42,592 bases of DNA. It comes from Solirubrobacteraceae bacterium. GTDB taxonomy: Bacteria; Actinomycetota; Thermoleophilia; Solirubrobacterales; Solirubrobacteraceae. The notes below the pieces were generated by a model, which was not told the DNA's origin, ran no database searches, and saw only the letters and a list, made by a program, of their open reading frames with translations. Positions within the stretch are counted from its first letter, which is position 1. The number at the start of each line of letters is the position of its first letter. The stretch spans positions 1-42,592 of the forward strand of contig DASWQM010000196.1 in NCBI GenBank assembly GCA_036403675.1, in the 5' to 3' direction. Below, one piece after another: positions 34,089 through 42,592 of this stretch. The translations under genes were made by a program, and so were the position numbers.

Positions 34089-35971
34089 CCGCTCGTCCGG
34101 TTCAGATACGAGTAGAGCTCGCCGGCGGTCTTCGACGGCAGGCCGGGCACGGCCTCGAGCTGCTCGCGCGAGGCGGCGAGAACCGCCTCCGGCGAGCCGA
34201 AGTGCGTCAGCAGCGCGCGCTTGCGCTTCGGCCCCACGCCCGGCAGCCGGTCGAGCACCGACTCCGTCATCTGCCGGTCGCGGCGCGTGCGGTGGTGCGT
34301 GAGGGCGAACCGGTGGGCCTCGTCGCGCACCCGCTGCAGGAGCTGCAGCTCGGGGGTGTCGTGGCCGAGCACGAGCGCCTCGCGGCGGCCCGGCACGAAG
34401 ATCTCCTCGATCCGCTTGGCGAGGCTGATGACCGCCACGCCGCGCTCGCGGAAGCCCTGCAGCGCGCGCATGCCGGCGGCGAGCTGCCCAGCGCCGCCGT
34501 CGATGACGACGAGGCTCGGTAGCGTCGCGAAGGACTCGTTGCGCTTCGGGTCGTTCGGGCTGAGGTCCTGCTCGGCCTCCCAGCGCGCGAGCCGGCGCGA
34601 GAGCACCTCCTCCATCGCGGCGAAGTCGTCGGGCACCCCCTCGGTCGTCGAGCGGATGTTGAAGCGCCGGTAGTCGTTCTTCTTCGGCGCGCCGCCCTCG
34701 AAGACCACCATCGACGCCGTCGTGTTCGTCCCCATGAGGTTCGAGATGTCGAAGCACTCGATCCGCAGCGGCAGCGAGTCGAGGCCGAGCACCTCCTGCA
34801 GGCCGTCGAGCGCCTCGACGCGTTGCTGGCGGCGGCGCTCGTCGCGCAGGCGCTCCTGGTCGAGCGCGAGCGCGGCGTTGCGCTCGGCCATCTCGAGGAT
34901 CCGCCGCTTGTCGCCGCGCTCGGCGGCGCGGACCTCGACCCGCGTTCCGCGCAGCGACCCGAGCAGCTCGCCCAGCGCGTCGCGGTCGGCGACCTCGCCC
35001 TGCACGATGACCTGCGGCGGGATCGCCATCGTGTCGCTGTAGTACTGCAGCAGGAACTCCTGGGCGACCTCGCCGAGGTCGTAGCCGGCTTCGTTGGCGA
35101 GGTAGAACGACTGGCGGTCCGACAGGACGCCGTCGCGGACCTGGAAGACCTGGGCGTTGGCATCGGTGCCGTCGACGGCGATCGCCACCGCGTCGAGCGT
35201 GCCGACCGCCTCGTTGGCGACGCGCTGGCGCTCGAGCAGGCTGCGCACGGCCTTCAGGCGGTTGCGCTCCAGCGCCGCCTGCTCGAACTCCTGCGCGGCG
35301 GCGGCGTCCTGCATGCGCTCCTCGAGGTCGTTCTCGATCTGGCGGTAGCGCCCGGAGAGGAAGTCCACGACGCCGTCGATCGCCTCGCGGTACTCCTCCT
35401 TGGTCTGGTAGCCGACGCACGGCGCGCCGCAGCGCTTGATGTAGAAGTCGAGGCACGGCGAGCCGCTGCGCCGGCCCGGCTCGGCGCCCGGGCAGGAGCG
35501 GAACGCGAACACCTTCTGGAGGAGGTCGAGCGTCCCGCGCACCTTCTTCGCGTTCGAATACGGCCCGAAGTAGAGACGGTCCTTGCGGTGGCGCTCGCGC
35601 GTGAAGTACACGCGCGGGAACTCCTCGTCCATCGAGATCGCGAGGAACGGATAGGACTTGTCGTCGCGCAGCCGGATGTTGAAGCGCGGCTTGTACTGCT
35701 TGATGAAGCTCTGCTCGGTGAGCAGCGCCTCGGCCTCGGAGGCGACGAGCAGGAAGTCGATGTGGTGGATGAGGTCCACCATCTCGACCGCGCCGCGCGT
35801 GACGGAGTTCGAGAAGTGGCTGGCGACGCGCTTGCGGATCGACTTCGCCTTGCCGACGTAGATGACCTTGCCGCGGTCGTCACGGAACAGGTAGACCCCC
35901 GGCCCGTCCGGCAGGCTGCGGCGCTGCTCGCGCAGGCGGGTGGATGCGGTCGGTGCGTCGGTGACGGGCAC
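34085..35971 (-). CDS. uvrC: Excinuclease ABC subunit C
   Basis: GIY-YIG N-terminus (GPGVYLFRDDRGKVIYVGKAKSIRKRV), a central UvrBC region and a C-terminal HhH (LDRLPGVGPKRKRALLTHFGS). The GTG start at 35971 is tentative. The 1007-aa track ORF is over-extended. Confidence 0.85.
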   Translation of the reverse strand: MPVTDAPTASTRLREQRRSLPDGPGVYLFRDDRGKVIYVGKAKSIRKRVASHFSNSVTRGAVEMVDLIHHIDFLLVASEAEALLTEQSFIKQYKPRFNIRLRDDKSYPFLAISMDEEFPRVYFTRERHRKDRLYFGPYSNAKKVRGTLDLLQKVFAFRSCPGAEPGRRSGSPCLDFYIKRCGAPCVGYQTKEEYREAIDGVVDFLSGRYRQIENDLEERMQDAAAAQEFEQAALERNRLKAVRSLLERQRVANEAVGTLDAVAIAVDGTDANAQVFQVRDGVLSDRQSFYLANEAGYDLGEVAQEFLLQYYSDTMAIPPQVIVQGEVADRDALGELLGSLRGTRVEVRAAERGDKRRILEMAERNAALALDQERLRDERRRQQRVEALDGLQEVLGLDSLPLRIECFDISNLMGTNTTASMVVFEGGAPKKNDYRRFNIRSTTEGVPDDFAAMEEVLSRRLARWEAEQDLSPNDPKRNESFATLPSLVVIDGGAGQLAAGMRALQGFRERGVAVISLAKRIEEIFVPGRREALVLGHDTPELQLLQRVRDEAHRFALTHHRTRRDRQMTESVLDRLPGVGPKRKRALLTHFGSPEAVLAASREQLEAVPGLPSKTAGELYSYLNRTSG

Positions 35972-36081
35972 ACACCGAGGATAGTTGGGCGTGCCGCCGT
36001 ACCGGTCGACTCGGCGCTGCTCGTCCTCACGGGCGTGCCGCTGCGGCGTGCCACCTGACCGGCGCACGACCTCGAGCGGCG

Positions 36082-36639
36082 TCAGGCGTCGCGACGACCG
36101 TCCTCGGACTTGTGGACCTCGAGGCGGGCGGTCTCCTCCTTGGGCTTGCCGAACAGCGTGTCGAAGACGTCGGTGAGCTTGCTGACGGCATGGCGCGTGA
36201 ACAGGCCGACGAGCGCCGACAGCGCCGCCACGCCGTAGGGGTTGACCGGCGCCCTCTGGTCCTGGCCGAGATATCCGCCGCGCAGCGTGAAGTAGACGAT
36301 GAGCGCGAGCGCCGCACCCTGCAGCGGGCGCATGAGATAGGACCACTCGTCGCGCCGCGTGAGCTCCTCGCGCCCGGCGAAGTACAAGAAGCGCCGTGTC
36401 ACGCCGACGAGGGCGCCGAGCGCGCCCACCATCAGCACCATCGCGATGAGCACCACCTCGGGGCTGAAGGTCGTGTGCGCGAATCCGAACAGCAGCGCTG
36501 TCGTCGGGATCGCCGGCGCCGGCTTCTCGATCGACGTCGCGGCCGCGACCGACGCCCAGATCGCGAGCAGCTGGGTCATGAGCACGAGCGTCACCAGCAC
36601 GAGCGTCGCTGCGACGAACGCGCGCTGCCGCTCGCTCAT
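36082..36639 (-). CDS. Hypothetical membrane protein
   Basis: The ATG at 36639 follows GAGGAG with a 6-nt spacer. 185 aa, with about 4 TM segments. An alternative ATG at 36756 has poor SD spacing. Confidence 0.5.
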   Translation of the reverse strand: MSERQRAFVAATLVLVTLVLMTQLLAIWASVAAATSIEKPAPAIPTTALLFGFAHTTFSPEVVLIAMVLMVGALGALVGVTRRFLYFAGREELTRRDEWSYLMRPLQGAALALIVYFTLRGGYLGQDQRAPVNPYGVAALSALVGLFTRHAVSKLTDVFDTLFGKPKEETARLEVHKSEDGRRDA

Positions 36640-36800
36640 CGGGCGCTCCTCGACGACGGCCAGCGGTTCGCCGGCAGCGCTCGGTGCGGGCAGCACCGCG
36701 TCCGCGAGGTCCTGCGTCGCGCCGCTGCCGATCGGGCCGATTGCGGTGTCCACCATGTCTCCAAGAGCCTCGGATGTCGCGTCCTGATACGGCGACGCGG

Positions 36801-37262
36801 TCAGCGCCCCGCCTCTTGCGTGCGGACGCGCGGCCCGGTCGCATGGTCGGCCAATCCCTCGGCGCACTGGCGCAGGAAGCGGCCGAGGGCGAGCCGCAGC
36901 AACAAGCCCATCCCTGGAACCGTGGGCGTGAACGACGCTCGCCAGCGGATCCGCGTCCCGCTGCCGTGGGGCTCGAGGTCGACGTCCGCGCGGTAGTCCC
37001 TGATCGGAAGCTTGGAGACATGGGTGTAGCCGAAGCTGCGATCGGTCGCGAGCTCGACGATCGTGTCGCGCCCTTCGGTCCGGCCGCGACGGAAGACCCG
37101 CACCGCACCGATGCCCTCCGGCGCGCCTGCGCCCTCCCGCTCGAGCTCGAACGAGTCGATCGGCGCCCAATCGGGCCACGTACCGCCGTTCGTGAGCAGC
37201 TCGTAGACGGCGGCCGGCCCCGCTGCGGTGCTCGTCGTGACGTCGATGAGTTGGCGTCGCAT
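36801..37262 (-). CDS. SRPBCC (polyketide cyclase/dehydrase-like) family protein
   Basis: ATG at 37262, 153 aa. The pattern VYELLTNGGTWPDWAP...GAVRVF is typical of SRPBCC ligand-binding proteins. Confidence 0.65.
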   Translation of the reverse strand: MRRQLIDVTTSTAAGPAAVYELLTNGGTWPDWAPIDSFELEREGAGAPEGIGAVRVFRRGRTEGRDTIVELATDRSFGYTHVSKLPIRDYRADVDLEPHGSGTRIRWRASFTPTVPGMGLLLRLALGRFLRQCAEGLADHATGPRVRTQEAGR

Positions 37263-37288
37263 GCGGCCTCTCAGGATGGCAGCGCACA

Positions 37289-38026
37289 ATGGACCGCGAC
37301 ATGAGTGAGGTCCGTCTGTGGGTGCTGCCCCTCGATATCGCGCGCGGCCTGCGGGTGGACCACCTGCTCGACGACGGCGAGCGCGATCGCTCGGCCCGCT
37401 TCATGCAGCGCGACGACGCGGTTCGCTACGAGGCCGGCCGCGTGCTGCTGCGCCTTGCCGCCGCCGACCTGCTCGGCCGGCGAGCGCGGGACGTTCGCCT
37501 GACCCGGCACTGTCCGGTGTGCCACTCGACCGAGCACGGCCGCCCGGTCGTCGCCGGCGCGGCCGACCGCGCGCACCTCTCGCTCACGCACGGCGGCGAC
37601 GTCATCGCCGTGGCCGCTGCCGCCGAGCCAGTGGGAATCGACGTCGAGCCACATGGCCGGCGGCGCGATCTCGACGCCATCGCCCACGACGTGCTGACGG
37701 CGGCCGAGCGCGCTGCGATCGACCCAGCCGGACGGGCCGCCGGCCCGTCCCCGTTCCACGATCTGTGGACGCTCAAGGAGGCGTTCATCAAGGCGAGCGG
37801 GCTGACGCTCGACGACCTCGCCGAGATCGACGTCCTCGCGGCGCTCGCCGGCCCCGCCTGGATCGAGCACGGCGCCTTCCGGTTGCTGTGCCGCCGCCTG
37901 GAGCTGGCGCCCGGTCACGCCGGCGCCCTCGCGTCGTCCGGCGCGCGGATCGTGACTCGAGACGCGGTTGGAGCCGTCCGACCGTTCGTCGTGTCAGCGC
38001 CCGTAGGCTCCGAAGACGATCGCTGA
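37289..38026 (+). CDS. Sfp-type 4'-phosphopantetheinyl transferase
   Basis: It has the GIDVE and WTLKEAFIKASG motifs. The start could instead be the ATG at 37301. Confidence 0.8.
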   Translation: MDRDMSEVRLWVLPLDIARGLRVDHLLDDGERDRSARFMQRDDAVRYEAGRVLLRLAAADLLGRRARDVRLTRHCPVCHSTEHGRPVVAGAADRAHLSLTHGGDVIAVAAAAEPVGIDVEPHGRRRDLDAIAHDVLTAAERAAIDPAGRAAGPSPFHDLWTLKEAFIKASGLTLDDLAEIDVLAALAGPAWIEHGAFRLLCRRLELAPGHAGALASSGARIVTRDAVGAVRPFVVSAPVGSEDDR

Positions 38027-38039
38027 GGCGTCGTCTGGC

Positions 38040-40520
38040 TCAGCGCGGCGCGGGCCAGCGCGGTGCGGTCGTGCAGCCTCTGCGCGAGCTCGGCCACCTG
38101 CCCGCCGGCCTGCCTCGCCCCGCGACGCCCTGGCCGCCGGCTGCGGCCTGCGAGAAGTGGTGCGCCGGCATGTCGACGTACGCGTCCGCTGCGGACAGCG
38201 CCTCCAGCGCCTCGCCGACCTGGCCGTGAAGACGTGCCCGCCGCAGCGAGCCGAGCCGCTCGTAGATCGTCTGGCGCACGAGCGCGTGCGCGAACGCGTA
38301 GCCGCCCTGGCCCGCTTCGGTCAGCAGCCCCGCGGCGGTGGCCTCGTCGAGCGCGTCCAGCACTCCGGCGTCCTCGCCGAGCACGCGCTCCAGGACCGCG
38401 AACGAGAACCTCGGTCCGGCGACGGCGGCGACGTTCAACGCGCGCCCGGTGGGCGCGGACAGCCGCGCAACGCGCTGCCCGATGACGTGCCGCAGCCCGG
38501 CGGGGACCTCGAGCTGCGCCGCGCTGACGAGCGCGTCGAGGCGCTCACCGTCGGCCGGCATCGGCCCGGACTCGGCGACGTTCGCCAGGAGCTCGCGGAT
38601 GAAGAACGGATTGCCGGCGGTCTGCGCCTCCAGCACGCGCACGAGCGCGGCCGCGCGCTCGCCGAGCGCCTGCCCGACGGCCGCCTCGAGCAGCTCCGCG
38701 ATCGCCGGCTCATCCAGCCCGGCGAGGCTCAGGCGCTGCACGTTGTCGTCGCCGTGCAGATCGGCCAGCAGCTGCGCCGGCGGCTCGCCGAGATGCAGCT
38801 CCGTCGCACGATGTGTGCACAGCACCAGCACGCGCAGTCGGCGCTCGGAGCGGATCAGGTGACGCAGCAGCAGCAGCGTCGGGCTCGTCGCCCAGTGCAG
38901 GTCGTCGAGGATCAGCAGCATCGGCTGGCGGCGCGTCGCCGCCTCGACGAGCGCGGCGACCGCCTCGAACAGCGCGAAGCGCTCGGACTCCGGATCGGCC
39001 CGCATCGGCAGGCCCAGCGTCGCGAGCTCCGGCAGCAGGCGCCCCAGCTCAGGCGCCAGATGGGCGAGCTCCGTGCGCAGGCGATCCAGGCCGACCGCGG
39101 CGGCGTACGGTCGCAGCGCCTGCACGAACGGCTGGTAGGGCACCGCGAGGCCCTCGTCACAGCGCCCGTACAGCACGAGTGCCCCCTGCTCGTGCACGGC
39201 GGCCGCAAGCTCGCTCGCCAGGCGCGTCTTGCCGATGCCCGCCTCGCCGCCGATCACGACGGCGCTGCCGGCGCCACCGGGCAGTCCCGTCCAGCAGTCG
39301 CGCAGGCGCGCGAGCTCCGCGCTGCGCCCGACGAACCGCGAGCCCGGCGCGGTCTGCAACGAGCGCGGAAGCGGCAGCGCGAGCGGCGCCGCCGCCGCAT
39401 CCGGTCCGCCGGCGGCGGCGGGGCCGGCCGCCGCGCGCAGCTCGAAGGCGTGCTCCGGGCGCGACAGTCCCCGCAGCTCGTGACGCCCGACGTCGACGAG
39501 CGACAGCTCCCGCGGCAGGCGGTCGCGCACGAGCTCGGCCGTCGTCTGGGAGAGCACCGTCACGCCGCCTGCAGCCAGCGAACGCAGCCGCGAGGCGCGG
39601 TTCAGCGTGGGCCCGAGGTAGTCGCCGGCGCGCTCCTGCGCCTCGCCGCTGTGCAGCGCGACGCGCAGCCGCAGCTCGAGCCCGACATCGTCCGTCGCCG
39701 CCGCCAGCGCGCCGTGCAGCTCGGCGGCGCAGGCGACCGCGTCGGAGGCGCGCTGGAAGACCGAGCAGGTCGAGTCGCCCTCGCTCTTGTCCTTCAACTG
39801 TCGCCCGCCGTGACGCTCGACGACGCGTGCGACGAGCGCGTCGTGGACTGCCAGCGCCGCGGCCATCGCGTCCGAATCGGCCTCCCAGAGCCGTGTCGAG
39901 CCCTCGATGTCGGTCAGCAGGAACGTGACGACGCCGGCCGGCAGCCGCTCGGCGGGCCGAGGCTCCAGCAGCGGGACGTCGCCGATCGCGCCGCTGCGCG
40001 CCCCGAGCGCCAGCTCGCAGTCCACCCGTGCCTCGATCGCGGCAAGGCGGAGCTCCTCGAGGCGACGGATCTCCACCTGCGCGAACTCGTGGTATGCGAC
40101 CTCGGCCAGCGGAGGCCCGCGCCACATCGCGAGCGCAGCGCGCAGCACCTCTCGCGCCCGCTCCGCGTCGCCGTCCTCCAGCGCGCGGCGGCCAGCGTCG
40201 ACCCGCGTCCGGAAGACCTCGGCGTCGAGCTCGCCGGCGCGCACCTCGAGCAGGTAGCCGCCGGGGACGGTCCGCAGCACGTGCGCGCCGTCCGGCTCGA
40301 GCGCCCGGCGCAGCCGCCCGACGGCGACCTGCAGTCGCTTGCCCGCCGCGCCCGAGCCGAGATCGCCCCACAGCGCCGCGATGATCCAGTCGCGGGAGAG
40401 CGGGCGGTTGGCGTTGACCAGCAGCAACGCCAGCAGTGCGACCTGGCGCGGACCGCCGACGGCCAGCCTGCGTTCGCCGTCGCTGAGCTCGACCGGTCCG
40501 AGGACGGCGTACTTGAACAT
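38040..40520 (-). CDS. Multidomain regulator: SARP (OmpR-type winged helix + BTAD) - class III nucleotidyl cyclase - AAA/STAND ATPase
   Basis: ATG at 40520 (MFKYAVLGPVEL), 826 aa. The BTAD region contains ALAMWRGPPLAEV. The cyclase motifs are FLLTDIEGST, KSEGDS, LHSGEA and GPTLNRASRL. The Walker A motif is GEAGIGKT. Confidence 0.85.
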   Translation of the reverse strand: MFKYAVLGPVELSDGERRLAVGGPRQVALLALLLVNANRPLSRDWIIAALWGDLGSGAAGKRLQVAVGRLRRALEPDGAHVLRTVPGGYLLEVRAGELDAEVFRTRVDAGRRALEDGDAERAREVLRAALAMWRGPPLAEVAYHEFAQVEIRRLEELRLAAIEARVDCELALGARSGAIGDVPLLEPRPAERLPAGVVTFLLTDIEGSTRLWEADSDAMAAALAVHDALVARVVERHGGRQLKDKSEGDSTCSVFQRASDAVACAAELHGALAAATDDVGLELRLRVALHSGEAQERAGDYLGPTLNRASRLRSLAAGGVTVLSQTTAELVRDRLPRELSLVDVGRHELRGLSRPEHAFELRAAAGPAAAGGPDAAAAPLALPLPRSLQTAPGSRFVGRSAELARLRDCWTGLPGGAGSAVVIGGEAGIGKTRLASELAAAVHEQGALVLYGRCDEGLAVPYQPFVQALRPYAAAVGLDRLRTELAHLAPELGRLLPELATLGLPMRADPESERFALFEAVAALVEAATRRQPMLLILDDLHWATSPTLLLLRHLIRSERRLRVLVLCTHRATELHLGEPPAQLLADLHGDDNVQRLSLAGLDEPAIAELLEAAVGQALGERAAALVRVLEAQTAGNPFFIRELLANVAESGPMPADGERLDALVSAAQLEVPAGLRHVIGQRVARLSAPTGRALNVAAVAGPRFSFAVLERVLGEDAGVLDALDEATAAGLLTEAGQGGYAFAHALVRQTIYERLGSLRRARLHGQVGEALEALSAADAYVDMPAHHFSQAAAGGQGVAGRGRPAGRWPSSRRGCTTAPRWPAPR

Positions 40521-40530
40521 CGCGCTCTCA

Positions 40531-40544
40531 GTGAGAGTCCTCAC
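40531..40544. promoter_or_regulatory. Inverted repeat GTGAG-AGTC-CTCAC upstream of the SARP-cyclase gene
   Basis: Read directly from the sequence. It shares the 8-mer CCTCACAC with the 40602-40619 repeat. Confidence 0.3.
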
Positions 40545-40601
40545 ACTCATAGGACCGCGGAATCCGCCAGGAGATTCAATTTCGACGCGCCAAACGCGCT
40601 T

Positions 40602-40619
40602 GTGTGACCGACCTCACAC
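40602..40619. promoter_or_regulatory. Inverted repeat GTGTGA-N6-TCACAC upstream of marR-like gene
   Basis: Perfect 6-nt arms with a 6-nt spacer, in the divergent intergenic region. Confidence 0.35.
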
Positions 40620-40681
40620 GGCTGGCTCCGCGTACGCGACGACTCACCCGCGAGGTGTCACGAATTTCGTACGCTGCGCAC

Positions 40682-41158
40682 ATGGACGCCATGCTCGAGC
40701 TCGCGATGTCGGCGAAGGCCGTGCAGCGCGACCTCGAACGACGGCTCAACGACGCACTGCGGCCGATCGGGCTGACGGCGGCGCAGGCCGAGGCGATCGT
40801 CGTCATCGGGCAGGCGCAGCCGCTGTCGCTGAAGGAGCTGGGCGAGCTGCTGATCGCCGAGGCCGGCCACCCCAGCCGCCTCGTCGACCGGCTCGTCGAA
40901 GCCGGACTGGTGGAGCGCCGCAGCGCGCCCGACGATCGCCGCCGCGTCGACCTGTCGCTCACGCCCAGGGGCCGCGAGCTCGAGCAGCGAGTGAACGTCG
41001 AGCGCATGCACGTCCTGCAGCTCGGACGCGAGCTCGTCGGCGACCGCGACCTCGAGCCAGCGCTGGAGATCCTGCGACTCATGCTCGCGGACGGCCCGTT
41101 CGCGCAGCTCATCGCCCGGCGGGCGGAGCTGCTGCAGCGCACCGGCGTGGCCGCCTGA
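40682..41158 (+). CDS. MarR-family transcriptional regulator
   Basis: The ATG at 40682 gives 158 aa, the usual MarR size. The winged helix is LSLKELGELLIAEAGHPSRLVDRLVEAGLVERRSAPDDRRRVDLSLT. The track start GTG at 40604 would add 26 aa. Confidence 0.85.
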   Translation: MDAMLELAMSAKAVQRDLERRLNDALRPIGLTAAQAEAIVVIGQAQPLSLKELGELLIAEAGHPSRLVDRLVEAGLVERRSAPDDRRRVDLSLTPRGRELEQRVNVERMHVLQLGRELVGDRDLEPALEILRLMLADGPFAQLIARRAELLQRTGVAA

Positions 41159-41187
41159 GCCTCCGCGCATCGTCGATTGAACGTTGC

Positions 41188-41200
41188 GGTCCAGTGGACC
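41188..41200. promoter_or_regulatory. Perfect 13-nt palindrome GGTCCA-G-TGGACC between marR and the SGNH hydrolase gene
   Basis: Read directly from the sequence. The 1-nt centre makes an RNA hairpin unlikely, so a dimeric protein-binding site is the better reading. Confidence 0.35.
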
Positions 41201-41245
41201 GAGGCGTAGGCTCGCGCGCGATATCGAGCGGTGGGGGGAGTGGCG

Positions 41246-42442
41246 ATGCGCCAGGCAGGCCGGTTCGTGTTCGTGGTGGTGGCCGTCGTGCTGGGGCTCG
41301 CCGCCCCGGCGGCGGCGGACGGTCCGGGCGTCGGGACGCCCGCGGTCGTGACGCTCGGCGATTCGGCGGTCTCCGGCGAGGCGGGGCGCTGGGCGGGCAA
41401 CACGAACGAGGACCCGGCGCGCGCCGACGCGCTCGGCTCGACCGCCTACTGGGACACGCCGACCGGCGAGGCGGTCGGACACTGTCATCGCTCGAAGTCG
41501 GCGCAGGCCTTCATCGGTGGCGGCGTGCTCGGCTACAACCTCGCGTGCTCGGGCGCGACCACGGCAACGCACGGCACCGCGCCGGGCGAGGACTTCAAGC
41601 CCGGCATCGACTTCTACGCAGACGCCCAGGGCCGCCGCGGCCAGGCGCGCGCGCTGCAGGATCTGGCGGGGACGCACAACGTCAAGGCCGTCGTCGTGAT
41701 GATCGGCGCCAACAACTACGGCTTCGCCGCCATCGTCACCCGCTGCATCGAGAACTGGATCACGTCCCCGTCCTTCCTCAAGAACTTCTGCAGCGACGAC
41801 GGCGACATCGCGTGGCGCTTCACGCCGGCTCGGGTCGCGGCCGAGACGACGAACGTGCGCACCGCGCTGGTGAACGTCCGAACCGCGATGGCAAGCGCCG
41901 GCTACGGGGCCTCGCAGTACACGATCCTCGCCCAGACGTACTGGTCGCCCGTGCCGCGCGGCGCGCAGATCCGCTATCCCCAGAGCGGCTTCGAGCGCCA
42001 GACGGTCGGCGGCTGCGGCATCTGGAACCGGGACGCCGACTGGGCCAACAACACCGTCGTCACGACACTGAACTCGACGATGCGCAACGCCGCCGCCACG
42101 AGCGGGCTGCCGAACGTCGAGGTGCTCGACCTGGAGAAGGCGCTGAACGGGCGGCGGCTGTGCGAGAACACCGTGGGGCTGCTCGAGGAGAAGGGCGTCG
42201 CGTCGTGGAAGAGCGCGGGCGCGGTCGACAAGACCGAGTGGGTGGAGCAGATCCGGACGGCCTCGACGATCTTCGGTCCGTATCAGCTCCAGGAGGACGC
42301 CCATGCCGACTACTGGGGGCAGCTCGCGATGCGCAACTGCCTGCGCCTGGCCTACAACGGCGGGACGGTGCGGGGCGGTGCGTGCGTGCGCGCGGCGAAC
42401 GGGCTCACGAGCCGGGGGGAGCCGAAGATGGCCCTGCAGTAA
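41246..42442 (+). CDS. Secreted SGNH/GDSL-family hydrolase (lipase/esterase-like)
   Basis: The ATG at 41246 follows GGGGGAG. It has a signal peptide ending in AAPAAA, the block I motif TLGDSAVSGE, and several Cys pairs. Confidence 0.75.
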   Translation: MRQAGRFVFVVVAVVLGLAAPAAADGPGVGTPAVVTLGDSAVSGEAGRWAGNTNEDPARADALGSTAYWDTPTGEAVGHCHRSKSAQAFIGGGVLGYNLACSGATTATHGTAPGEDFKPGIDFYADAQGRRGQARALQDLAGTHNVKAVVVMIGANNYGFAAIVTRCIENWITSPSFLKNFCSDDGDIAWRFTPARVAAETTNVRTALVNVRTAMASAGYGASQYTILAQTYWSPVPRGAQIRYPQSGFERQTVGGCGIWNRDADWANNTVVTTLNSTMRNAAATSGLPNVEVLDLEKALNGRRLCENTVGLLEEKGVASWKSAGAVDKTEWVEQIRTASTIFGPYQLQEDAHADYWGQLAMRNCLRLAYNGGTVRGGACVRAANGLTSRGEPKMALQ

Positions 42443-42484
42443 GGTCGCCGGCGTGAACCCGCGGCCGCGTGGGAAGGATCGTCG

Positions 42485-42592
42485 CATGCGTTTCCGGTCC
42501 ATTGCCCTTGCCGTAGCGATCGTCGTTCTGGCCCCGGCGGCGGCTCGGGCCTCCGACCCGCCGACCTCCGTCGGGCGCGGCGGCGCCGCCGC
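42485..42592 (+). CDS. Partial ORF, N-terminus of a secreted protein (3' end outside window)
   Basis: MRFRSIALAVAIVVLAPAAARA is signal-like. Too little sequence is available to assign a family. Confidence 0.35.

Noticed and set aside
37915-38097. A separate 60-aa minus-strand ORF downstream of the SARP-cyclase-AAA gene.
   Set aside because: It is too short and overlaps the 3' end of the convergent PPTase gene. It is more plausibly a frame-shifted remnant of the regulator's C-terminal repeats than an independent gene, as noted in the finding on that regulator.

Overview
A 42.6 kb, very GC-rich window (GC not computed) that looks like the chromosome of a high-GC Actinomycetota-type organism; the taxon is inference only. 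I support about 45 protein genes. I saw no rRNA, tRNA, CRISPR array, transposase or integrase. Many long ORFs in the six-frame track are GC-driven artefacts, such as the 1673-aa, 1239-aa and 959-aa ORFs, so starts were re-picked by hand. The housekeeping parts are the ftsH 3' end, an ECF sigma factor, a tightly coupled gap-pgk-tpiA-gpmI operon, uvrC-rapZ, an HtrA-type protease and a ROK kinase. The main finding lies at 4.2-20.4 kb. An 11-gene minus-strand operon (17866 to 4208) faces a divergent 2-gene plus-strand operon (about 17997 to 20386). Together they encode homologues of the coenzyme M (CoM)-dependent epoxide carboxylase system: a MetE-like epoxyalkane:CoM transferase, a 2-ketopropyl-CoM reductase/carboxylase (2-KPCC) with its diagnostic F-x4-H substitution, and two short-chain dehydrogenases (SDRs), one with the R-hydroxypropyl-CoM dehydrogenase arginine pattern. 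They also encode bacterial CoM-biosynthesis homologues: a ComA phosphosulfolactate synthase and two aspartase/fumarase-superfamily lyases. The same set contains a CoA-transferase, an ADP-forming acyl-CoA synthetase, an aldehyde dehydrogenase, a GAF-PucR regulator and an uncharacterised Cys-rich ORF. No alkene monooxygenase and no PLP-dependent CoM-biosynthesis enzyme is present in the window, and the 2-KPCC gene has no canonical start codon. Secondary observations are a ~175-nt duplicated leader plus signal-peptide module in front of two unrelated small secreted proteins, a SARP-cyclase-AAA regulator, and a MarR/SGNH-hydrolase pair with palindromic sites.
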